A stretch of 64,000 bases of DNA from Botryllus schlosseri (GCA_051294905.1 CM119373.1:3164001-3228000); one strand, 5' to 3'; positions 52,958 to 63,833 are shown, counted from the stretch's first letter. Notes: generated by a model from the sequence alone, not told the origin. A program made the numbers and translations.

Positions 52958-54885
52958 CAGTGGTCTGGAACCTATGGCTCGCGAGCCAAATATGACTCTT
53001 TTAGTGATAAGATATGGCTCTTTGCCAAATATTTATTTTTGTACTGAATTGCTCAATGTTGCAGCGACTTGTTGGTAAATTTTCATCACGATCCGAATAA
53101 TTATTCCCGTGGCAGTATAAACATGTCTTTGAGAGGTAAAGGCAACGCTATCTGCAGGTTTAGGAGCTCGAACTGTTTTCAAAATCCTCAAATTTAAGTT
53201 ACTGTTGCGCCGACGACCAATATCACCCGCGAAAACGATATATCCTACCCGCTTCGAAATCTTGAATTGCGCGATACGTTGATTGATACAAGAGAATAAC
53301 AGAAATGGCGACACCAATATGACAACGCAGTTTTCAAATACACATTGTCTTCCTGTTTTACGGCGCGAAATGAACTGCCGTGGACATGACATTCACAATT
53401 ACAAACTCGATTTACAAACAACGTTCTTGATTGGCAAGTAGCTCTACCGGCGGTAAATAGGCGTCTATAGCGCAATGTTATATGTTACGGCTTTGAGAAT
53501 TGAGAAGTCGATCAGTATTTAAATTTTCGGAATCAGTGCCACAGTTACATTGGATTTTAATATCAGTTATAATAAATTCCAAGCTATTTACGATGAATTG
53601 CGTTATCAATGGTGAGGCATATGGCCCGCCTGTGCATTACCACTAGTTTCGCGTTTTATTTTCGATTAATACAGGGCCGGCCAACCCGTGGCCCGCGGGC
53701 CACATTTGGCCCGCGAGAAGGTTTTGAGTGGCCCGCGAGGTAATTTCCGAAATTACTAATATTATCAAAATTGAATGGCAGAGATTGTGAGCTTACAAGT
53801 CTAATCAAAAATTTGATCAGCTTGGCCGCAACACTTGAGATGTGATGACTAAAATATCAGATCCGACGCATTGGCAGATCCATGAGCCAGTCACATTTTG
53901 GTAGATCTTCGTACACTACAATAAAGCAGAATAATTTGCGATAGATTTATCAAAAGTAAAAATTTGCTACACGATTCGCGCAACATGTTGTCACTCGATT
54001 TCTTGCTATTAATGTTGTTGCCCCTTTGTGAAGATGAAAGAACGCCTAATGTATCAGATCGAGCTTAGCTATATTCGCCATAACGAGACAAAGTGTCGTT
54101 CAACCTATGCGACCTTGCTTTTGCGATCGCAGAAAGACCATCGACGATGAAACCTAGGCACAAAATGATTGACGCATGTTGGTCGAAGCTTTCGATATCG
54201 ATATGTCCATTGTCCAGGTGCCGAATAGTCCAGTCCTTGCAAACTGAGCCCAGCGATATACAGCAGGCCCGCTATATAGTCAAGTGACAATATGATTGAC
54301 CTATGAACTTCGAAAAATTTTCGCGCTTCGCGCGGCTAGTGGCCCGCGCAATATTTCGTCAATCAAATGTGGCCCTTTGGCTGAAAAGGTTGGTCACCCC
54401 TGGATTAATAGAATGCAATAAAATAAAATAATAAAATGCAAAATGTGGGAATTTGAGTGATGAATGTTCAAAATCTAGTCTTTCATGAACATCAATAGAA
54501 AATACCAATAATAATTGAACGTTAACAGCTTAGATTGGGTAGGCCTATATATAGATTGCTGTAGTGACCATGGTTGGCTCCCCCTACGCATGTGATCATA
54601 GGTTCTCGCATTTATAAGGAGCGTCAAGGCGAACCTACGTTCTCGTAACTAAAGTTTTGCATGCTCAAGTAAGGCAACCATCATGATAAGTTCTAGTTTT
54701 TACAGAGCAAATGTGGTGCACACGACGAATCCCGTGTAGATAGTTCGAATGAATACTACCATGACATCAGAAATTTTCAATTGTGACGTAATATCTGACT
54801 GACATGCATGGCTCTTTGAGAGGTAAAATGGAAAAAAATAAGGCCAATATAGCCCTTCAGACAAAAAAAAAGTTCTGGACCACTG
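52958..54885 (+). mobile_element. hAT-type MITE (TGGCTC family), nested
   Basis: TIR CAGTGGTCTGGAAC / GTTCTGGACCACTG; TSD CCACACAG/CCATACAG; homologous to 22226-22851. Confidence 0.8.
53672..54402. mobile_element. hAT-type MITE (GGCCCGCG family), innermost insertion
   Basis: Termini CAGGGCCGGCCAACC / GGTTGGTCACCCCTG; TSD GATTAATA (53664-53671, 54403-54410); related to 7682-8326 in reverse orientation. Confidence 0.85.
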
Positions 54886-56608
54886 CCATACAGGCACCGC
54901 CATGTCTGCTCTCTGATCAATCAACAATCCCTAATTAAGATTTCAAGGCGTTCGATAAGCCCGGTACCCTAAATTTACCAAGATATCAATTCATTAGGGT
55001 TGAGAAGGTGACGAGATAGCATCGTTGTTCAACTGTGTGGCCTTAATCTCGATATTGAATTCATGCGACCCGCGTCCTCTGCGAATTTTGAAAAGTGGGC
55101 CGCGACCCGTTTTAAGTTGGCGACCCCTGCCAAACGCGGTGTGTTGCAAAAGCCTAGAAGTGTGCCGCGCTACAAGTCGGCGGTTACGGAATCAAAAACA
55201 AGAAATATCAGCCTGGTGTAAATGATCATTGTAGTCGACAAACAGCATGATTACCACAAATGACATTAGGATTGAATACATCGTAAATGCCGATAATGCA
55301 AGTCTTCTCGCCTCGACGAACTTACGCGTAAGCTCAACTCTCGCACGATACGCAGTGCGTACATGCGTATGTAATAACGTACAGTCACTAAAATTTGACC
55401 TGGTAAGCAAGTAGTGGGGAATGTCGGCTAACAGGCGCCACGGGCCACATTATCATGTAAGACGGAAAACTGTCCGCGGGCCGGATCCGGCCCGCCTCTG
55501 CTCTTAACCCTTTTAAAATCTCAAGTAGAACAATTTCATATGATCATATCTTAATTTGTGTACTTCCTAGAGGCCTCATATTGGTTTGTAAGAAAAGCTA
55601 GCAATCTTCTGATTTATATGATTCCTAATTCAAAGGTATAAGTCATGACAATTTTCGCAGCTATCTCCAAAAAGTCCTCCTCGTCGTCATGAGTGCTTCT
55701 AAAAGCGCTGGTGAATAAATTGTGACTTTCGCTTTGCAGCAGCGCGTGGGAATTCAAAAATCCAAACATATCATTTCAGTGATGTATGCCGGTAAACCTA
55801 GTCTTAGCTTCAAGTTTAAATCTGTCCAAAGCTTGAAACATGCATCGTCTGATTGTTCGGTAGGCATTCTCCTTTTTCTGCGCACTCTCTGAACAATCGA
55901 CCTTGACGGCTATTTCGGAGTGGTTCCATTGCCATGTTAACATATTAATTTGTGTATTCCGAATCAGCGCGACACTAGCTTTCGATTGAGACATGTTTGA
56001 TTAAGCTCACGGGACGCCGGCTATAGGACTACCAATTACGCTTATTTTAGCCGGCTGTGTACACTGTGCCGAGGGAGATAGTGTAATTATAGAATGAAAA
56101 ATGTTTATAAAGGTTTATAAAATGTTTACATTGTATAGTGTAATGGTGATGCGTCCGGCTTCTTGATCGGTAGGTCGTGGGTTCGATCCCCAGCCGGGTC
56201 AGACCAGAGACTCGTAAACTGGTGTCCGCTAGGCGCTCAGCGATCACGCAGGAGAAAAAACGGGGGTGCAGATTGGATGACCTTACTATAAAGTCCGTAT
56301 CGCATCTCCGTCGTCAAAGCATCTCGATGGTGTAGGCGAAAAAAAAAACATATATCTCTCTCACAGTGCAGCCTCATTTTGCCGCCCCATTGGAGCCTGC
56401 CGCCCCTGGCGCAGAGCCAGAACCGCCAAGTGGCTGCTACGCCACTGCTTGCAGCTAGCCCTTTCGTTACACGAACACCAGAATTGATGAGAAACTCCGA
56501 ACAGTGGCACAAATTGCGAATTGAAAATGCGTTCACAGAATACCAAAACAAGCGCTTGGACCCAAACAGCGGTTGTTATGAAAACAAGTCACGTGACTTT
56601 CGAGCCCA

Positions 56609-57000
56609 ATGTCCACCATTGCATTGCGCAAACTCACAAGAACGGTACCATGCCGCTTGTTGGCTGCTGAACGACGCTTCCGCCTAATCGGTCATCTAGT
56701 GCGGCATCAAGACGATCAACCAGCCGCCGTCACCATCAACCACATTCCGACGGAGCCATGGCGCAGAGGTGGCTGGAATAGAACCACATGGCGCTCGACA
56801 ATAGAGACCGAACTAGCGCAACGCGGGCTATCGCTTGAAGACGTCCACGACCGCCCACGCCGGAGGCGCTTAAAGGCCTCTGCACACCGAGCTCGCGACC
56901 CGATAAAACGAGAGAATCGCGCCTGTCTGCGACTGGACCATGCAGACCGGAGTCGCCGGCAACTCGCAACATGCCGTCTGCGACAGGGTTGCGCAACAAT
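56609..57000 (+). mobile_element. RTE-like non-LTR retrotransposon, ORF C-terminal fragment (right half)
   Basis: MSTIALRKL...ERRFRLIGHLVRH...PWRRGGWNRTTWRSTIETEL..RGL matches the RTE C-terminal RRLxxxGHxxR and RxRGRPxxxW motifs; right end approximate. Confidence 0.75.
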
Positions 57001-57394
57001 TTTCAACTTTGTCCCGAGTTGCGAGCGACTGGTCAGCAGTTACTGATCGTTAACTCTATGTCACCGCAATAGTTTGTCCGGGTATTGCGTGTTTTGGCAT
57101 CTATAATTGTTTCCTCATTGAATTTAGACTGATTTGAGGCCATTTTAAAACTAGAAGCTGAACTGCAAGAACGCATTCTACTGTAAGCAGTACCGGTACT
57201 TGGTAATTACCAAAGGCCAACCAGCTCCGGCAGTACCGATACCGCGAAACTCTCAGTCATTGTATATCTACAGGTGGATTTATTATATATATACCTTGTC
57301 TGATTCATTTTAACCTGTACAGTGTACATTGGTTGGAAACTGGGTTAAGCAGGTACATATAATCTTTCAATACAACATCCATTGTAGCAGTATA

Positions 57395-58166
57395 TTTATT
57401 AAACTCGAAGACTTTTCGGGTGCCTCTTTTCAAGAGTTATCGGCACACTGAAGGGATTTAAACAGATTTAAAAGCAAAACCAAAAAGGCAAAGTATGACG
57501 CAACAATCAAAATCACAGACCATCAAATTCGCATTGTATCAATGGCAACAATAACAGACTACGAAGTATACGGACATACGGTACTATAGTAGCAGCACAA
57601 TTTGTAAATAAACATTTACACGCACGGAACAACACGCACTAATGAGAAATTTGTAGGTTATAGAGGAAATCTTTCTGTCTGCATAAAATAGGTTTGCTCA
57701 ACTGAATAATAGTAGACTCCAACACTTTTAAATGAAACACAGACATACCCCGCGCAATGACAGTGAACATATTGTCATCATAGTGCCGTGCACAGGCAAG
57801 GTTTTCGCTCAGATGCTGACCGATTGACGAAGCATATGCTTGGTAATCATCATAGCAGTCTGTTTTTGCAGCCAATTTGCACTGACGTGCGAGCTCCGTG
57901 CGATCATTTGCGCATGTTTTTGACCGAATCAATTTTGGGATATGCTGCTTAATACGCTCAAACAATCTTTGAGATGTACGTCCTACATACCTACTATCAC
58001 AGTGGCACTTGTATTGGTAAACAACATTACTTGCATCAAAGGCAGGAAGTACATCTTTTCGAGAGTTGGGTAACAAGGGTTTCGTCGTGTACACTACATG
58101 CGTGTTAACGCTGTAATAGCAACGGTGAACAGCCGATTTAATAAGCTTTTCAAATCGGCTAGACAC
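57395..58166 (-). mobile_element. Penelope-like element 3' fragment with GIY-YIG endonuclease
   Basis: NVVYQYKCHCDSRYVGRTSQRLFERIKQH...SSIGQHL...LKVLESTIIQLSKPILCRQ (ORF 57639-58166); 3' region ends in a hammerhead-like motif and AATAAA. Confidence 0.88.
57402..57438 (-). ncRNA. Candidate minimal/variant hammerhead ribozyme of the Penelope element
   Basis: Minus strand AACTC-TTGAAAA-GAGGCACC-CGAAA-AGTCTTC-GAGTT: closing stem AACTC/GAGTT, variant of CUGAnGA, and GAAA. Confidence 0.45.
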
Positions 58167-58244
58167 GTTACCTAGCCAAGGTAGGTGACTCGAAGCCTAA
58201 ACTCGAATCATAAATTCGGCTGTAACTAGAAGCAATACACTTAC

Positions 58245-58364
58245 CACTGCAGTTTTTTCCATAATATTCGTCGGTGCAATCACACGTATGGTACGGCTTA
58301 GTGTCATTATTTAGACATGTCCCGTTATGTTGACAAGCATTCGGGTGGTGTTCACAATATTTCT
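58245..58364 (-). CDS. Host gene exon, EGF-like domain 2 (120 bp, phase 1-1)
   Basis: atgcAG|...|GTaagt; translates KYCEHHPNACQHNGTCLNNDTKPYHTCDCTDEYYGKNCS; paralogous to the exon at 59676-59795. Confidence 0.9.
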
Positions 58365-58435
58365 CTGCATGGAAACGAAGCGAAAAATGGGTCAAACCTA
58401 CTCACGTTGTAAACGCAACCAAGCATTGTGGCGAT

Positions 58436-59535
58436 CAGTGACGTGCGGTCCAATGAGGCAAGGTGAGACAGTGCCTCACCTGTCGTCTGGGTGCGAGTAA
58501 GTGAAAATCGTGAAAACCCTCGATGATTCGATCATTATTGGTGTTTTACATCGATATTCATAAATAACTAGATTTGAACATTTTTTTTCACCCAACATCA
58601 TCAATTTGCATCATTATTATTCAAAAATCCAGCGCGAAATGAGAGGTGAGGCACATGTGGGGCACGGGCGGGTCGTGCCTCAGCTGCGGCAATGCAATTC
58701 ATCATAAATAGCTCGGAATTTTTGTTAATAACTGGTATCAATCCAATGCTATCGTCACACTGATTCCGAAAATCCAAATATTATCAGTGTCAGAGCACCA
58801 GAACCCCCCAAAATCGGCAATGAAGATGACATTCGGCTTTATGACAGACAATGCCCTCTCAGAGAAACGATGGCCAGGTGAGGCACAGACGAATCAGACT
58901 CATGCACTATTCGCTAACAATTGGACAATCGAAGCGCAGTGAAGCGCTCTATCAATTTCGGAATCTAACAGTCTTGTAGGAATTATATAGTAGCGACGGC
59001 CAATACGTAATGCGGAGCCAATACGTTCCCCTACTTACGTAGCTGTTATGTATTTTCTATCCATAGCTACGTTATATTGTTGTATGTGATAGCTACTTGC
59101 ACAGGCTGCATTGTCATTGTTTGTGTCCTTTATGCTGTATTCAACTGCAATACCCATAACCCCTACTTGTGGTATTTGATACAGGCCTACTTACATAGCC
59201 TGCGTTGTCGTTGTTTGTGGTTAGGGGTGCCACTCCTAGTGTTTTTGCACTAGATCTAGTGTATTTTAACTTGACCTAGTGTCCTAGTGCATTTTCTTTC
59301 GAGATTCGGCAAATCTAGTGTCTTTTTACTGAAACAAATTTATAACTGAGGATGCTATTTTCATGTGCTTCGAATAATTTATACCGATACTTGAAGAGAG
59401 TGATTATTATCCGTCTAAACTAGCCTATTTAGCACAATAGCGAACAGTCCTACATGTATTGTAGAATATGGAATTGCAATGGCTATCAGTGTGCAAAGAA
59501 ATTGCTCTCTATACCCGCTGCCATTGCTACGTGCG

Positions 59536-59573
<38 letters not shown>

Positions 59574-59616
59574 GGGGGCGTGCCTCACTAGCCATGAATC
59601 TCACTGCACGTTACTG
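58436..59616. mobile_element. hAT-type element between the two EGF exons
   Basis: CAGTGACGTGC / GCACGTTACTG; TSD GTGGCGAT (58428-58435, 59617-59624); TGAGGCA subterminal repeats. Confidence 0.88.
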
Positions 59617-59675
59617 GTGGCGATGAGCTAGTCTTCTTTTTTTCATAGATCAAGAATTATAAGCGATATACTTAC

Positions 59676-59795
59676 GGCTGCACTTTCTTCCATAATATCC
59701 GTCGGTGCAATTACACGTATAGTACGGTTTAGTGTCATTGTTCAGACATGTTCCGTTATGATGACAAACATTCGGCTGATAATTGCAGTAGTCGC
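59676..59795 (-). CDS. Host gene exon, EGF-like domain 1 (120 bp, phase 1-1)
   Basis: tgcAG|...|GTaag; translates DYCNYQPNVCHHNGTCLNNDTKPYYTCNCTDGYYGRKCS with the six-Cys EGF pattern (CxCxxGYxGxxC). Confidence 0.9.
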
Positions 59796-60148
59796 CTGCA
59801 TTGACAAACAGCGACATCATGTTAAAGTTTCTGGTGTTAGGTAGATGCGGCGAATGTGCTGGATCCCGACTATATCATTTCTTATCGACAATCATAAACG
59901 TAACAAGAACTATCATCGGCAATCCTACGGATACAGTTCACTGGTTCACTTGTATGTATACTCGTATAGTAGGCCTACTATTACTTACATTTCCTCAAAA
60001 ATATCCCTCCAATTAAACAGCGATTCGGTAAGGGCCTATGTTGTATACTGTATACGCTGGACCAAAACAGCAGTTAGTTAGTCAGCCCCGTCCCCCCTAC
60101 CCCCTACCCACAAAAAAACGTTGGTCTTGGGCCACTACAGGATGATAG

Positions 60149-62192
60149 CAGACATGGGGTGATTACTTCATGAATGAAATCGATAGCGATTAGGATTACT
60201 TCTGAATCACGCGATTACGATTACGATTACAGCAAAATCGGGAAGTAGTCGATTACGATTACGATTACATTTGAAAAGTAATCACGATTACTCACGATTA
60301 CATTTATTTTGCATCGTAGTGGTTATATTGGAAGACAATACATGGATTGCGCTGGAAAGGCCCAATGATATAACAACTGTCTTTAAAAACGATGGGACAT
60401 TTCCTTGTTTCGTCATAATGTACCCATAGCGGACGGTTTATCGCACCCAATGATTTGCATTCTTGCCATGTCCATGACTGCCGCACCCCCAATTCCCCAA
60501 TAGGGTGGGGAGCGTGGTTGGAGGGGACTCAAAAGTATTTTGTAAACCAACATAAATTATAGAGTATTTTCGAGAGATTTCATTAACTTCGAATTTCTCT
60601 TTGAGCTTTGCGATTTAAATGTCTCTAGATAGCTTGATTTCGAAATGCATATACGTCTCCCCCTCAAGAAATAAAGCATGCATATTGCATAATTCACAGT
60701 AATTGGCATTTAGGTGCCAGTCAATACCGCTCCTCGACACATCAAAAGACTTATGCAGTTTCGGCCAACATGAGACTTCACGAAGTGTGCTATTAAAAAG
60801 ACATTGGCCAAAACTTAGCGTATGTGTCCATTGTTAGTAGCCGCGCTGGGTGGGCGTGACTAACAGTCCATTCCTTCCAATCTGAGCCCACGATGCAAAT
60901 GCCACCCGGGCACCCACGGAGCATTAGTTAGACATGGCAATTTGTGTGTGCGTCTCACGCAAGTTTTTCTGTTAGTCTGTTGTTTGGGCCACTACTTTTG
61001 GCTATATAACAGACCGGAGGTCACGAATTAACAACATACAAAAAATTAATTATTGCAAGATACCAGATGTTATAATTATGAGTTACGCCCCCCCCCCCTC
61101 GCTCTTCAGGTAAGTCTGACCTTAGGGCGCTGAGATAGGATTAAAAATGCAATATAATGCAATTACCAATACTATTGACGAAATTAAATCGTCAACTTCA
61201 AATTGACTACCCTATGTGGGCCCAAAACCAAAGTTTGGTTGGGGAACGCTTTTGCTGTTTTGATCCTGATTCTAGCTACAACCCACGCTAACATAGTATA
61301 TAAGCCGATGGCTATGGTAGCAAGTCCAAATGTTCAGTAAAGAATTGTGAAATAGCGATTGGCGCCCGTTTTGAGTAGAATAATATGAGAATAACAGAAA
61401 TAGAACATAAAATTCTGCCTTCAACTTAATGCAGATAATGTAATGCAAGCTGCCATTACGAGAAACGGCAAAACAACGGCCCAGTTATGATACATATCAG
61501 CAGCTGTTGATTTTAATGCTTCGTTGTGGAAACCGTAATGTTTTATTTGACGAGTACAAAATTTTAAACCTTTGTCTGCTGTATGTTCGTACTATATAGG
61601 TCTACTGCTCGCCAAGCAGCAACGGTGAAATTGCATTTACCTCTAGAATTAGAAGTATTACATTCTACAGTTTAACTACGCATAACCAAACATCAATACA
61701 AAAGTTGCTATTTTATCTAAGGCAGAGAGGTGATTATGATTAATTATCCTGATGCGAGGTAGTGGTGTCTGAAATGTATTGATAAACCGATGTACAGCAA
61801 GGTGGGTTTCTTACAATCACACCAATGTACATCGAATATCTATTTACTATGTGTGGACACTTCCTACGCAAAGACGAACAAAGCTAATAGGCTACCTCTG
61901 ACGTAATAATGAGCAGTGGCATTTAAAAATCAGACGTTTGTGCTCTCAATAACTGGTATAATATCTCTTCCTTGTTCACGAGTGTTCAGTTTATGTCACA
62001 GTCCTTGTACAAATAAAAAGTAATCGTTCTTTCACACAGAAATCGATTAAATATGGGAAGTAGTCGATTACGATTACGATTACGATTACTTCGGGATTTT
62101 TTCGAATGTATTCGATTGCAATTACGATTACTTGAAAATGCTGTAATCGTCGTAATCGATCACGATTACTAATCGCGATTACCCCATGTCTG
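60149..62192 (-). mobile_element. hAT-type element with GTAATC subterminal repeats, copy 2 (~2.0 kb)
   Basis: Same TIRs; TSD GATGATAG (60141-60148, 62193-62200); reverse orientation to copy 1. Confidence 0.9.
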
Positions 62193-63734
62193 GATGATAG
62201 ACCCAACTCTGGGAGGACTTCACCCCAAGACCCCCATCACGATCTACGTTTTTTGCCGCTACTTATCATCAACATACGCTGCACTCATTAGCTTATATCG
62301 CCTACACTTCCGAATCGCGAATATTTTCTATACCTCATGATCGAATAGGTCAATATGTTCGGGAATTGCATATATTTTGCTATCAATTTTTATCCCCTCT
62401 CTGCACACGTAATCAGATTTACCTGTAAAGCTGAGTGAGGTGTCTTGGAAAATGTATAGGGCCCAAAATAATAATTAAACATATACTTCAGCGGCCCCGT
62501 TGTTATAATGACTTCGTTACATGATGTTATTTTATGACTTTCTGTCTGCTATGTCAAAAGATATTAAAATCGCCCAAACGTACTAAACTAAAAGACGCAC
62601 ACGACTTATAATTGGTATTTCTTCACTGGCAAATAATATTTCTCTGCGGGATGGCATTTGTCTTGTGGGGTTCAGATTTCCAGGACAGGAACATTCGGCG
62701 CCCGCCATTTAGGCGCCTATGGACAATTGAACATACATGTATTTATATCGAAGTTTTTGGTCAGTATAAGGACATTCCTTGTCGACCAAGGTTTTCCCGC
62801 TGCCGATTGTTCTGGCACACTTTATATACGTCTAGGTGCGGTGTGGCGCCGAAATGTTTCTATAAATCAAGCAGTTTTTTTCTTGGGAAAAGGGTACCCA
62901 ACAATCAAGACATTTGACAACACGAAATCGTGCGCGGCGCGAAAAAAAAATTGAAGGATTTGCCTGAATTTTACAAAAAATACTCTGTAATTTATGTTAA
63001 CTCACGATATAATTTTGGCCCCTTCGAGCTCGCCCTCCCCTTCCCCCAGTTGGGAATTTGGGGTGAGGTAGTTACTGTCCTGGGTATACGCCTCGTGGGA
63101 TTGGTTTATTATTTAGCTTAGCCTGATACAGTTGTGTTACTGAATACTATGTTGCTGCCCCAGTGGTTAAACATGTTCCTGTTATGTCGTTCACCATTTA
63201 TTGTATAATTCAATTCAAACACTTTGCTGTTGAATGCCACGGCGACATCATGAATTCTATATTTCAAACATTTCAAGAACATTTACTAACGTTGTTCCTG
63301 ATCTGATTCATCCTAACAACTTGAAGAATATTAAATTTAATTTAATTTTTATGAACATAGTTTGAAAATTTATATATGGTGTCGTTACAAATATATATTC
63401 TTATCATTTCTCTATTTATGAATATTTCTGAACACGCGTTTTCCTAGTATAATAAGACAGATAAAACTGAATGTTTCACTGCTCATCATCTTCATAATCT
63501 GCCCATAGCTCTGTGGCTCTCGGTCAAGTGATGGCCCCTCGGTTAAGAATCACTATGCGTGAATTAGTTCACAACCTTGGTTGTTTGGTTGGTCGGCTGG
63601 TTGATTAGCAAGCGCTGACAGCGTCGCAAACTAGTGAATTTTATTTTCACTCCCCGAAACACATACGCAACGCAAGATATGGGCCCATATCATCTGATCT
63701 CGGTGTATCCATGTCATTAGTATATTTTTCTTAC

Positions 63735-63833
63735 CTGAGAAGTCATAGGTCGAATAGATGATGGTTTCAATTTTACAGCCGCCATCAACACAGCTCGAAA
63801 ATAATGTTTGGAGCTCCGCCAAGTTACTCGGAC
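63735..63833 (-). CDS. Host gene exon (99 bp, phase 1-1), upstream of the EGF exons; domain unassigned
   Basis: Minus strand cctgcAG|GT CCG AGT...TTC TCA G|GTaaga; open frame PSNLAELQTLFSSCVDGGCKIETIIYSTYDFS; phase matches the downstream EGF exon. Linkage to the same gene is inferred. Confidence 0.6.

Larger units (their letters stand above)
52733..55500 (+). mobile_element. GCGGGCCG-family MITE expanded by nested MITEs
   Basis: TSD CTCTTAAC (52725-52732, 55501-55508); body similar to 35032-35632 and 36090-36961. Confidence 0.85.
52241..56447 (-). mobile_element. Composite non-autonomous hAT element, copy 2 (carries hAT dimerisation-domain remnant and a SINE)
   Basis: TIR CACTGGCGTAGCAGC / GCTGCTACGCCACTG; TSD CTTGCAGC (52233-52240, 56448-56455); remnant LTIGVSIAS.VRSFSKLKLIKSYLRSTMNDDRLSALSILSIERD at 52373-52720. 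Confidence 0.9.
45510..56608 (+). mobile_element. ISL2EU-type (PIF/Harbinger-related) DNA transposon with nested insertions
   Basis: Perfect 22-bp TIRs TGGGCTCGAAAGTCACGTGACT (45510-45531) / AGTCACGTGACTTTCGAGCCCA (56587-56608); AT duplicated at 45508-45509 and 56609-56610; encloses convergent THAP-DDE transposase and YqaJ genes. Confidence 0.92.

Noticed and set aside
3260..62192. One giant element or inversion bounded by the inverted repeats at 3260 and 62192
   Set aside because: Each copy has both of its own TIRs and its own distinct 8-bp TSD.
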